DNA of 27,949 nucleotides from Geosiphon pyriformis uo1 (Eukaryota > Fungi > Glomeromycota). Made by a program: the position numbers and the translations under genes. The notes beneath the pieces were generated by a model. It did no database searches, was not told the origin of the DNA, and was given only the letters and a program-made list of their open reading frames with translations. Position 1 is the stretch's first letter; each line of letters begins with the position of its first letter. Where the stretch lies: NCBI GenBank assembly GCA_016748015.1, contig JAAOMT010000502.1, positions 878,912 through 906,860 on the forward strand, in the 5' to 3' direction. Of the stretch, positions 10,301 through 22,400 are shown piece by piece.

Positions 10301-12008
10301 GTCAGCCCTTCGAACAACTTTTTAGCAGGTGTGATTCGTATTTTTTCTGGGTGTGATTTATCTCTGGGTGGCTCTCTGGACAGTGCTTTTCATCTTCAGA
10401 GTGGTACTCCTATGTCTCTAGTTCTCAGTGAGGTTGTTTTCTACAAGTATGTCTCACTTTTGTGGAACAGCTTCATAACTGAAATGGCATTGTTTTTAAT
10501 TGAAAGACTTTCAAGCATTGGAAGAGACTGAACCCCCATGGCCTGGTTCCTTCTTGGTTTGATCTCTCTGTTTGTTTTCTTAGTGGTGTTGCTTCTTTTT
10601 CTTCTTCTTCTTCTTCTGGTTGTATTTCTCATGAGGGTGTTTGTAATTATTTTGACATCTATTAGTCTCTTGGTTTTGGTGTTATTTGTAATGATTTGTT
10701 AAATGTTGGTGCCACCCGCCTCTTTGTGTACACAGATGGATTTCTGAGTAACTTGGGTACTGTTAACATGTTGGCTGGTGCTGTGGTTTTCTTTGAAGAC
10801 ATTAATTCAGGTCTGGGTGTGAGGGTTTCTGGTTTGGTTTCTTCTACTTTGGCGGAGCTACAGGCCATTGCTTTAGCTCTTGAATGTGTTCCTTCTTTTT
10901 ATGTGGTCGATTTGTTCTCAGACAGCTAGGCAGCTCTGGATGCATGCAGGTTGGAAGCCTTGTTGGTTGAACCTGATTACAGAAATTGTTGTTGGATTGA
11001 GCATTGTCATATCGCCAATGTCATTCATCAAAAAAATTTGAGTGTGAATTGGGTTAAGGTTAAGGGTTATTCAGGCGTTTCAGGCAATAAGCGTGCTGAT
11101 GCGTTAGCTAGAGATGCTGCTCTCTCTGCTTGGCATCTGTCTTATTTAGTCAATGAGAGGTTTATTAAGACTGGTGTTGATGCAGTTTCTGGTAATTCTA
11201 GATACTTTGTTTATGATGTTTTTAGGTCAATCCATCGTGCATGTTGGGAGGTTGGTTCCAGTTTCCAGATTGTTCCAGCTGGTTTGCATGCTGATATTGA
11301 TTGGCTGAGGTCTTTTCTGGTTTGGCACCTGAACTCTCACTTGGCTTTGGGTTTCATTAGTGTGCAAACTGCTGGCTTTTAGATGTACTTTATAAAAGCT
11401 CTTCACCATTGGCTCCCTGTTGCTGTATGGAAGCGCTTATATAATAGGAGTTATCCCAATGTGGTGTGTTTGTTTTGTGGTGATGTTGAGATCTTGGACC
11501 ATATTTTTTCTTGTCTGTTTGAGGCTGCTGGTTGTGCTCAGCTGTTGGATAATCATGCATTGGCTTGGAAAGTGCGATCTGGCTTGGTTTGGTCTTCTTC
11601 GTGTGTTTTACAGTTGCTGTCCACTTGTGTTGCTGATGCTGTGGTTGGTACAGCTTTGTGTAAGGGCTTCATTTTTAGTGGTTGGTTTCGTGAATTAGTT
11701 TCGGTTTTTAAGGATTCCAAGATTGCGACTTCGGTCATTGTGGATTTCATGCATACATTCTGTTTCTCCTTTCAGGATGATATTTGGCTAGTCCGTGTTA
11801 AACACCAGACTTTTATGGAAAAAAATGGACTTATCCCACATGATGGCTCTGTTCCAGTTTTAGTTTTTGGTTCTACCTTGTTGTTTCTCCTGGTGTGGTC
11901 AGATTGTTGGGTATTGCTGAGGCTTTTGGTGTTGGTTTTGGGTTTTGCAAGTCCTGTTTGTTTTTTTTGAGTATTGATGATGTAGTCTCCATTCACATAG
12001 GTGCTTAG
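7339..12008 (+). pseudogene. LINE ORF2p relic: APE endonuclease, reverse transcriptase, RNase H, C-terminal CCHC
   Basis: APE motifs ATCNIR, ILGGDFN, TIDYVF, TDHKAV. RT motifs KAAGLSG, QDMRKAYDSV, GLDQGE, AFVDD (9629-9643). RNase H motifs VYTDG, AELQAI, FSDS, WVKVKGYSGVSGNKRAD. Finger CLFCGDVEILDHIFSC. Terminal TAG at 12006-12008. Many internal stops and frameshifts. Confidence 0.95.
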
Positions 12009-13234
12009 TGTCATTCTGGTTAGCCTGAATGGCTGGTCACATGTGGAAAATGCATGATTCGCTTCTAGTTTAGATTATTTGAATGATGTATAATACTAGG
12101 TCGTGTTTGGATTTCATTCAATAAACGTAATAAAAAAAAAAATGTTAATATAAAACATAAAATTATATTAGTGTGTTATTTTTTTTAATAGTATAGATTA
12201 TTTTTTTATTTTCAGATTTTTTTGTTATTTTTAAAAAGAATAATAACCAAAAATTAATTTTATATACTAAATACTTATTAATTCAATTTGTTCTTTAAAG
12301 TTAAATTATTTTTTAATTAATTTTATTATTATATAATTCTGTTTTTTTTGTTATCTATTAACTTGCTAATTTAATTTATAATATTATTGACAAATTATAA
12401 ACTTTAAAAAATTAATATATTATTATTAATTAATTTATATATTTTTATTATAACTTTATATAATTATATATATTTTTTATAATTTAATATTATTTATTAA
12501 GCAAAAATAATCAAATACAAAATAATCAATTTAATATTCTTAAAAACAGATATAGTTTTAATAAACCAAATCTTAAACATAAAATTTTTATAAAAAAATA
12601 GTATATAAAATATTATTAAATAAACAAAAAAACAAAATTTATAATATTAAAAATAATAAAAACAAATATATATAATTAATTTTTAAGATTTTGTCAATAA
12701 TTTTATGTGTATTATAATATTTAATTTGTATATAAAAACATAATTTGAAAATTTTTATCTTTTTATAATAAAAACAAATAATTTTAAGATACTATTTATC
12801 ATATAAATACTTTTAAAATACAATAAATAATTGTCTATAAACTACTTTTATTAAGTAAATATACAAATTAACTATAGATTTATTAGTATATTTAAAATAT
12901 ATATAAAAATTAAAATGTTAAATTATAAAATATAAACCCAATTAATATTTTTAATTATAAATAAATAGTTTTTATTTTAATGTTTATAAATTAAAATAAT
13001 TATATTAATTTATATTAGAATTATTTTTTAATTTTTATATAATTTTTTTGGTTTAAAATTAATTATTAAAAACAATATTTAGTTTTTTTTGTATAAAGTT
13101 TTTATTTTAAGTTTTCTTAAATATTGTTTTTTAAATTAAGCTTATTTTATTATTATTTTTAAGATTATATAATTTTAATAATATTTAAATTTAAATTTAA
13201 TTTTGTTATTATTATTTTATATAATATTTATAAA

Positions 13235-14441
13235 CTCTTTTTTTTTGTTAATCTTTTAGTCACAATAAAAGCATAAAGTTATCAAAAAAATAGTTTTTTT
13301 TTCTTTTTTTTTAATTATTTCTTTTAACACACCTTTTTTTATTATTATAGAACCAGTTGGCTCTTTTGCTAGTGGTTTTGGTTCAGATTTAGTTAGTTTA
13401 AAAAACCACTTAAATACTAAAAAAAGTGTGTATAAAATGTTTATTTTTGCAGTATATTTCACAAAAGCCAAAAAAACTTGATATTAATAGCAACATGATT
13501 AATTTGTCTGCTGGTTTATTAAAACTTGAAAATATTAATGATTCTAATAAAAAATCTATGGTGTTCTAAAGAAGTAAAGTTAGTAATAAAGCTAATAATA
13601 TCAATAATTTGTTAAATATAAAAAATATAAAAAATACAATTGCTAAGAAAACTAGTTATGTGAATTCAGATACTTTAGTAGTTAATAAAAATATAAATAA
13701 TATTATATTATAAAAAATTTGTATTTGAATATATGTGTTAGATTATTTATTAAAGGCTCTTTTATTTGATAATTTAAGTAATAATGACAATATTTTAATG
13801 CTTTTGTTACCTAAGTTTAATAATTCCAAGCAATTTCTATTGATCAAATTACATGTTTCAGAAAAATGGAGTTTTAATTTAACAAAATTTTTTATATTAA
13901 ATATTAAGCTATTGATTAAGCCTAAAAAAACTTCTAATAATAAGTTAATGAATATAAAAAAAATTTTTATCATGTTAATAAGTTTGAAAGATATTAATTT
14001 TTTTAAATATTATTAGATTATTTTTTACATTTGAATTAAGCTTAAACAAAGCTAAAAAATTGGCTATTAATAAGAAAATCTTAGTAAATAATAATATTAG
14101 AAAAATAAACAGTCATATAGATTGAAAAATAATTGTCAAAAAAATTTTAATTGATTTTTTTAGATCAGCTATGAAATTGGTTTTCTTCAAATTTGATAAG
14201 ATTGTGTCAATTAGGATACAATTTATTGGTCTTTGACAAAACACCTTAATAGAATTTAAATCATTAGAGATTACTGATTTAGTTGCTTTTAAATAGTCTG
14301 TGTTTATGAAAAAAGATTCTGTTTGTATAGTTAAAACTATAAATAATAAATAAGCATAGATATTTAGAGATTAGTATTGGGCTTTAATATATACTTTGCC
14401 AGTTAACACTACTAGTTATAACTTTTCTAATCTATTAATAT
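13235..14441 (+). mobile_element. Element C: 5' UTR and N-terminal ORF1 of a more decayed B-family LINE
   Basis: The 5' motif at 13242-13271 matches 5315-5344. ATA GAA CCA GTT GGC TCT at 13347 corresponds to the B ORF1 start. Collinear with B 5435-6530 until it is cut by the LTR at 14442. Confidence 0.85.
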
Positions 14442-15072
14442 TGTTATAAATTAGAGTAACAAGCTAATGAATAGCAAAGAAAAACATGATTGTAAGATAA
14501 TAAAAATAATTAAAGAAAGAATTACAATAAGGAAGTAAATTGAATAAGTAAAGATTTAATGTGCATAATCAGTTTTATAAAAATCACAATTACAAATCTT
14601 TTCTGGAAATTTGAAGGTAGAAAAATAGTCTATAATTGTCAACAAGATAATATTACTGTTATTATTCTATGTCTTATTCAGTAATTTTTAGAATTAATAA
14701 CAGATATTGTTGTGCTTTTTAATTGTTTTTTTATTCAATAAATTACAAGAGCAAACAATTACTTTTCAGGCTAATTCTAACAATACAAATCAAGAAAGGG
14801 AAAAAATAAGATATGTAAATGCCAACAAATAATCTTTTATTTCAAGATATTTAGATACTTGAAGATAGGAAAAAAAGAATAAGTAATATAAAAAGAAGTA
14901 ATTGATAGTGGATTTTATTTCATTACTTTGATCATGTTTTTTTACAGCTAAGAGATTTATCACTTATATAGTTATTAAAAATGGTCAATAATCAGATCAA
15001 TGATTACTATCTAAAAATAAAGTGGCTAATACATGTAATAACTAATAAAAAATATGAGTTTTAACTGTAATA
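14442..15072. mobile_element. Solo LTR, family LTR-1, copy 2
   Basis: TGTTATA...TGTAATA termini. Shares blocks with copy 1 (AAATTTGAAGGTAGA, GTAAATGCCAACAAATAAT, ACTATCTAAAAATAA). Has only two 12-bp units. Flanks ATAT/ATAG are not a perfect TSD. Confidence 0.8.
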
Positions 15073-15199
15073 ATAGGCTGAATTAAGATGAAGTCTTTTT
15101 GCTACTTTTGTGAAAAATTTTTTAAGATTTTTTTTTGTGTAAAGTTAAAAAACATAAACACTTATATAAACATAAAATTAACATAAATTTTGTAATTAA

Positions 15200-15625
15200 A
15201 ATAAACAGAGTAAAAGTTAGTAAGAAAAAATTTTTATTTTTTGTAGCTGGTGCATTCATTGACAATATAATTTAAGTTAGAAATAGCCAAGCTTCAACTT
15301 AATATATTTTGGATATTGTCAGCAAATTTTTTAAGATCAATAATATTTCTATTAATAATAACAAAATAGTGGCTATTTTTATCAATCAGAAAATTTTAAA
15401 TATCTCTTTGCTTATTAGTAAGCTGTTAATCTCTATTACCAAACATGGCAAATCTTATAGATATTTGGGCATTTTTTTGTCAATAGAAGATATATTAAAG
15501 TTAAGTTTTGTTAAGATAAATTTAGGTTTTAAGTTTTTTTCAAATATAGTTTTCAAAAAAATATTGTTAAATAAGCAGTTCTTATATTTTGTGTTAGTAA
15601 TTTTACAACTCATAATTGGTTATTA
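15200..15625 (+). pseudogene. Isolated LINE RT fragment (catalytic motif to thumb)
   Basis: AGAFIDNII*VRNSQAS...INNNKIVAI...YRYLGIFLS, homologous to B ~9600-10000 and D ~17800-18210. Confidence 0.85.
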
Positions 15626-16154
15626 TATTTGTGTATGTTTTACATATTTTATATGCTATTATATGTATATAATATTTTTTAATTTTATTTGTTGATTTGT
15701 GCTATTTATATTATTATTTATTAATTAGTTAATATATTATAATATTATTATTTTTGATTTTTGTTAATTTTTATTAGATAATAGTAGTTAAAAATATATT
15801 TATTAAAAAAACAATTAAAAAATAAATGAAAAATTTTAGTTTTAATAAAGAGAGTATGATAAAAAGTGTTTTAGAACAGTTTTTTTGTAAAGTAATTTTA
15901 GATTATTTAATAATTAAAAAAGATTGGTTTTTAAACCAGATAAGATAAGACTTAAAGTTAATAATATCATAATAAATTAGACAAAAAAGCAGAAGATGTC
16001 TCTAATGTTATCCAATTTGTGGTCTTGTCAATATGTATTATTGAATTATATAAAAAAAGATGCTTTTTTGGTGTAATAAATAAGATTAATATAAATAAAT
16101 TGGTTCTAATAATTAATAATCTGTCTAAAACAAAACTGTTAATTTATTTAACAT

Positions 16155-17124
16155 TGTTACCAGTAGAATTTTAGCTATTAATTAACATGAAATTACCCTC
16201 ATAATTTCTATTATTAATTAGCATATATTATTATTATTTCGATTATTACTTATTATTAAATCAAATTATCAAATATTATTACTTAATTAATAACCCAATT
16301 TGTACTATAAAAATTAAGATGATCAAATTACACAATACTCTGAACCATTTAATATAGTCAAAATTCGCCGAAATTGATGAAAATTGGCCGAAATAATCAA
16401 TAGTTTGAAGAAATAACTTGTAGTTTACCAAAATATATCTTTAGTTCACCAAAATTAGAGCAAAAAAAAAGTGCAAGTTCAAAGACTAGTACTATAACAA
16501 ATTGTATAAAAAAAGAGCTTCTCTTTTCAAAAAAATGTATTTTTCCATAGTATTTTATCATAGTATCTTATTTTAGATATTTTAATTAAAACAAATCACC
16601 TTCTATACATCTCAAATAAAAATTAAATATTCAAAAACCAAATTCTTTAAATTATTATACTTGAAATTTTCTTAACACAATTAATATTTTGAAATTGATT
16701 AGCTACCAATTTTAGTAATCTGTTAGTAACTTCAGACCTGGATAGAAACCGTTTTTTTTGACACAATTCTATTTTCTTTTACATTTCTTTTATTTCTTTT
16801 ACTTTTTCTTATCATAATTATTAAAGTAACCTATAGACAAGATTCCTGTAGAAGAGTTGACTTTTACAGCAAAGTAACTACACATTTTAGTAAGCTTCCA
16901 GATGAACAATTTCTGGAAAAAAGTTGACATTTACTACAATATAACTACACAAAATAACTGGCATGAAATTGGCCATTCCACTTATAAGCCCAGTTTAAAT
17001 TATAAGAGATAATTTGAAGATAAATTCAGTTATTGGAGATTCAATTGCTTCCAAAAAATGTGAAATTAACAACAGACAAACAGTAATAATATTCAAGAAA
17101 AGAGACCAAAAATCTTTAGTAACA
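16155..17124 (+). mobile_element. LTR-2: internally deleted LTR retrotransposon (5' LTR 16155-16730, leader, tip of the 3' LTR)
   Basis: TGTTAC...GTAACA termini. The LTR end AATCTGTTAGTAAC (16717-16730) recurs as AATCTTTAGTAACA (17111-17124). TSD ACAT (16151-16154) / ATAT (17125-17128). Excision restores D's GLSGI-PNELWKH-like motif. Confidence 0.75.
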
Positions 17125-19408
17125 ATATATTAAATAAATTTTAAAAGCATTATAATAACATAATAATAGAATGTTTTTTGGATTTATTAAACTCTTGTTT
17201 GACTTTTAATAATATTTCTGTTTTTTGAAAAAGATATAAGTTTTAATAATCTTTAAGCTTTATAACTAAGATAGTGTTTTAATAAATATATAGTCTATTG
17301 TATTAATTAAAACAACTAAGAAAATTTTGTTTAAGATTCTATTAGATTGTATTTTATTTGTTTGTAAGTTTAATATTTTTTAAAATAACAACTTTTTGGT
17401 TTTAAAAAGTATTTCAACTTAATTTTCTGTTTTTGCTGTTGGTTTAATAGTAAAAAATGCTTTAAAAAAACCAAAAACTTTGGTTAGTTTTGTAAAATAT
17501 GTATAAAACATATAATTTAATTAAATAATATTATTTAAAGACTAGTTTGAGACATATTAAAATATACAATAAATTTTTTGAATTTTTTGAAATTATATAC
17601 ATAAACAAAATTAACAAAGTAATAATCAATTTTGGTTTTTTAAATTATTACAAAGTATAAAATAAACTTGATTAAAGTAAAATATTCTTATTATTTTTTT
17701 GGAGAATTTTTTATAATCTTTTATTATATAAAATAAAAAAATAAGAACATTTATGCTAATATAGAATCAATATAAACTTTGTGACAAATATAAATAAAAT
17801 AAAAATTAGTGAAAAAAAATTTTTTTTTTTTATAGCTAGTGTTTTTGCTAATAATATAATTTGAATAAAAAATAGTTAAGTCTTAACACAGTATATTTTA
17901 AATATAACTAATAAGTTTTTTAAGATTAATAATATTTTTATTAAAAATAACAAAACAGTGATTATTTTTATTAACTTAAAAATTATAAATACTTCTTTGT
18001 ATATTAATAGTTAATCAATTATTATTATTAAACATAATAAATCTTACAAATACTTGGATATTTTTTTGTTAATAAAAAGTATATTTAAACTAAGTTTTAT
18101 CAAAACTTATTTAGATATTAGGTTTTTTTCAAATATAATTTTCAGAAAAATATTATTAAATAAACAGTTTTTTTATTTAGTTTTAATAGGTTTATAGCCT
18201 ATAATTAGTTATTAAATGCAGTTTAGTTTTGAATTTAAGAGCATATGTTAAAAATAAAATATTATAATAAGAAAAAAACTTAAATTAAAAATTAATTTGC
18301 CAAAAAACTTTCTTAATAAAACTTTGTATTATTTATCTTTGTATAAATTAATTTTTTTTAAGCAATATAATAAAAGTTTTTAGCCAATTGTTTAAACACT
18401 ATTTTTTGGATTTGTAGATTTTAAGTTGGATATTTATAAACTTATTGTAATATTTAATTAAGTTAAGAATTAATTTTATAAATAATTTTTTGACAGGTAT
18501 TATAAAAAAATTTTGAATAATAAAATTTCTCTATTCAATAATTTGTCTAGTGTATTTTATAATACTGGTTATTTTTAATGTCTAAGATACTAAAAAATTT
18601 CTATTATTTTGATGTAATTTGTTTTTTAAAATATTTTAACATTGTATTTAAGAACAAGTTATTAAATAAGCATAAATTAATAATAGATTAAAGAATTTTT
18701 TATTATTAAAAAAATTGTATTCTAAGAGTTTAATATTATTATGATTTAAAAAAACTTTAATTTACATAAAAAATTTTTTTGTTGAAATTAATAAAATTTT
18801 TTTAGTTTTGGCTGTTTAAACTTTTTTAGTTTAAAAGAATTTTTAAATATTTAAAAGTATTTACACAAGTTGTAAACAAAAATAATAAGTGTTTATACTA
18901 ATAGTTTATTAAAAAACTTGAATATAGTAAAAGTAACTAATAGAATAATAACTTATTTTTCTGATATTAAGATAAATATAAATGTTAAAATACATAAGTT
19001 GTTGTTTTCAACTATGTCAAAATTACAAACAATTGTCTTGGTATTAGAATGTATTCTTTTTTCTTATTTAATAATTTTGTATACAAACTGTTAAACTGCT
19101 ATTAATACATATATTTTAGAGTTTAAACTTAATTTGCCTGATTTTTAGAATAAATTTAATAGAATAATATTACATAGTTAATTTAATTAAGTTAAAAAAC
19201 ATTTTTATAAGAGTTATTTAAGAAATTTGACAATAACTAAGCAAATACTTTTGTATATATTATGACATAATTTTTTTATTATTATTATTTATTAACAAGT
19301 ACAGTCCAGTCATTATCTAGCATATAGAAACACAATAAAAGAATTTAACTAAACATAGCTCACGTGCTTACTATATATAACCAGCTATTCAGGCCAGTCC
19401 AAACTATA

Positions 19409-22400
19409 CTATGCACTTATAAGAACTTTTATATCATTATTAATACCTAAAAAAAAGTTGCACAACTTATACAAACCAAAACTAACAGCAAAAGATTTGT
19501 AAATACCAAGCAGATGAACAGTTCCCATAGACAAAAGACCCAAATTGTTACACAAAACTATATCAATCAAACCAACATCTATAGTCAAACCAGTTTTCTT
19601 CAACTCTATCCTAAATTTAGCTCTAAACAACCACAACTTATTCCAATGTCTTTTAGTCAAACTATAAACAAAATCAACCACTATTGACAGCATCCTCTTT
19701 TGATCACTAAAAATATTAATTGCTTTATTTACCTATTTTCTAAAAACAAAACCTTTACACAAAACTATATAGACACTAACATCCAAAAAAAAGCAAATGT
19801 AATACCTTAGAAAATGATGTGCAGTTATCATTTGTCAAAGATTTCCAGAACTTAACATGATCCAATAAAATATTAATCCATGTATTAAAGTTATTTGGAC
19901 AAGTAAAAACGTGATTGGGTAGTTTAATATTACCACAAGATAGGCACAATACACTCGGATATGCTCTGTTGTAAAACTTTTTCCTTACTACAGTTGGTAA
20001 TCTTTTGTGAACAGCTTTTATTATATAAGTACAAAGAGTAACAGAAGTCTTGCTTGTAAACTCAGCCAACATGTGTGAATTTAGATGCCAAACTGCAGTA
20101 GTACCAGACCAGTCAATATCTGCAATGGAAGATTCATCCACTATTTTGGCATCAGGACTAGCTTCCCATTGAGCATGATACACAGACTGATAAACATTCT
20201 GAACAAAATAGCAGATATTCTCAGAAACAATCTGATTATCAGTCATAATAAACTTTTTATGAATTCCCACAAGAAGCAACAAACCAAAATGTGCAACTTT
20301 GCCCACCAGAACATTAGTCTTATCATTGCCCAAAACCCCTAAATGCTCCTTAATCTTTACCCACTTAACAAAAATGTTTTTAGTTTTGACCAAATTAGCA
20401 ATATAACATCTCTTTACTTAGCATTTATTACAAAAGTCCAGATAATCTAGTGTGAGTTCTGAAACATATGTATTTAGTATAGCTTAACTATCCAAATACA
20501 TAACTATAAAGCAATTAAAAGAAACACATTTTAAAGTTAAGACTATCATCTGTAATTAAGTTAACATAAAAGATAATAGTCCATGTATCTCAATGCCTAT
20601 GCTTATCTCAATGTCCAAAAAATAAGCTGCTGTTCTATCAGAAACTTTTGACATACCCAAGCATTTCAATAAGCCATCTATGTACACATTGAAGTTATTT
20701 GTTCACAGTTTATGCAAACTATCTTGAATATTCAAAAAAACATCCAAATACAATAGATCCAAATAACCCAAATCAGAGACTGACACAATAGAAACAACCA
20801 GAAGTTTGTTCATATAAGATAAAGCTCTCTTGAACCACAAAGAAACTGGGCCTTTAGGATCAAGTCTCTTTCAACAATAAAAGGTTTTCTATCCCATTAA
20901 CACTCTATATCTATCCAGCAGTCTGTTGTTAAAGGCAACACCAATATGATTCAAAGATCAAACCACACTAAAATAAAAATAATCTCACAAAATCTTAGAC
21001 ATAAAAAAGTAGCCAGAACCATGAAAAGCACTGAAAAGATTATTAATTAAGAAAATTTTGTTGTCCAAAAGCACTTTTACAGTACTTGCAAGAAAGTTAT
21101 TTGTAGAATTGACTATCAATTTAACAGAATATTATAGAGGGTTCACAAAAGTTTATCTTAAAATCTGCAAATCCAAAAAATAGTGCTTAAACAATTGCTT
21201 AAGAATTCCAGAAGAGTTAACAAATACCACCAATACAGTGATCTTATTTTTAGTCTGTAGTTATGCAAATGTCTTTAAACCATAAAAAGATGGATAATAT
21301 AGGGCTTTATTGGAGAAGTTTTTGAACAAACAGACTTTTAATTTTAATTTTCTTCTTATAATAACATCTTATCTTTGATATATTATCTTAGAAACAAAGC
21401 TAAATTGTGTTTGATAGCTAATAATGGGCTGCAAAACAGCCAAGACCAGATATAAAAATTGTTTATTAGATACAGCCTTCCTAAGAACCAAATTTAAGAA
21501 AAACCTAACATCAAACTGTGCTTTGACAAGACTAAGTTTGGACATGCTCTCTGTAGAAAAATAGATTTCCAAGTATTAATAATGTTTACTATGCTTGGTT
21601 ATTGAGATAAACTGTCCACAAATATGCAAGGAAGCAGAACCAATCCTTTAATTAATAGAAATAGCCACTGTTTTATCATTGTTAATAGAAATGTTATTTA
21701 TTCTAAAAAACTTATTAGCAATGTCTAAAATATGCTGCATCAAAGCTTGACCATTCTCCACCCAAATTGTGTCATCAACAAAAGCACTTGCCATGAAAAA
21801 AGAAAACCTGCCCTCACTAAATTCTAATCTGCCTGTTCTTGCCATAAAGTTAGTATTGACTTTGTAACTATATAAATGTTTTTGTCTTTTAACTTTACAC
21901 AATAAAGAATCATAAAAAATCCTTTAAAGAAGTAATAAAAACATCTCACCCTGATTAAACCTATTTAACACTTTGTAACTATTAGAGAGACCAAAATCAG
22001 TTATTATTTTGTTAACTCTGCTCTTATGTATATGTTCAAAAAACTTTATAAATCTCTCACATATCTTAACAAACTTCAAATTAGTTTCTAAATAATACCA
22101 TTTTACTAAATTGTATGCTTTTTGCATATCCTAAAGGACAAGCCAAATCTCATGGTCCTTTTTCAGAGCATCTTTTACTATTAAGCCAACAGCAAATACA
22201 GAAAACTGAGTAGAAGTATCCTTTAGAATAGAAAAGTTGTTACCACAAAAAATATTGTATTTAGAACAAAAAAAAAAAATGCAATCTGATAAAATTTTTG
22301 AAAAAATCTTTCTAGCTGTTTTAATCAGAGCAATAGGTCTTGTATTTGTTAAGACATCTTCTTATTCATATGGTTTAGAGATCATCAAGATTTATATCTT

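Larger units (their letters stand above)
5294..12138 (+). mobile_element. Element B: full-length non-LTR retrotransposon (APE-type LINE with RNase H), inactivated
   Basis: 5' UTR, ORF1, ORF2, 3' UTR with AATAAA and an A-tail, bounded by the direct repeat AAAATGTTAATA at 5282-5293 and 12139-12150. Confidence 0.95.

Noticed and set aside
10600-10617. (CTT)n microsatellite
   Set aside because: A short slippage run in the low-complexity RT-RNase H linker.
7339-12008. Alternative genetic code (TGA=Trp) or programmed readthrough
   Set aside because: Trp positions appear as TGG, TGA, TAG and TAA in different copies, and frameshifts are present. This fits mutational decay.
5559-12014. Many short antisense or alternate-frame ORFs in the ORF track
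   Set aside because: They are shadows of LINE ORF1/ORF2, with no independent motifs.
12151-13230. Extremely AT-rich tracts (also ~3760-4270 and ~4640-5280) as origin, centromere or organellar DNA
   Set aside because: No diagnostic motif is present. They are most simply terminally decayed repeats that I cannot identify by eye.
16735-16751. tRNA-iMet T-loop-like GGATAGAAACCG
   Set aside because: The match is short and imperfect, in the sense orientation, and there is no cloverleaf.
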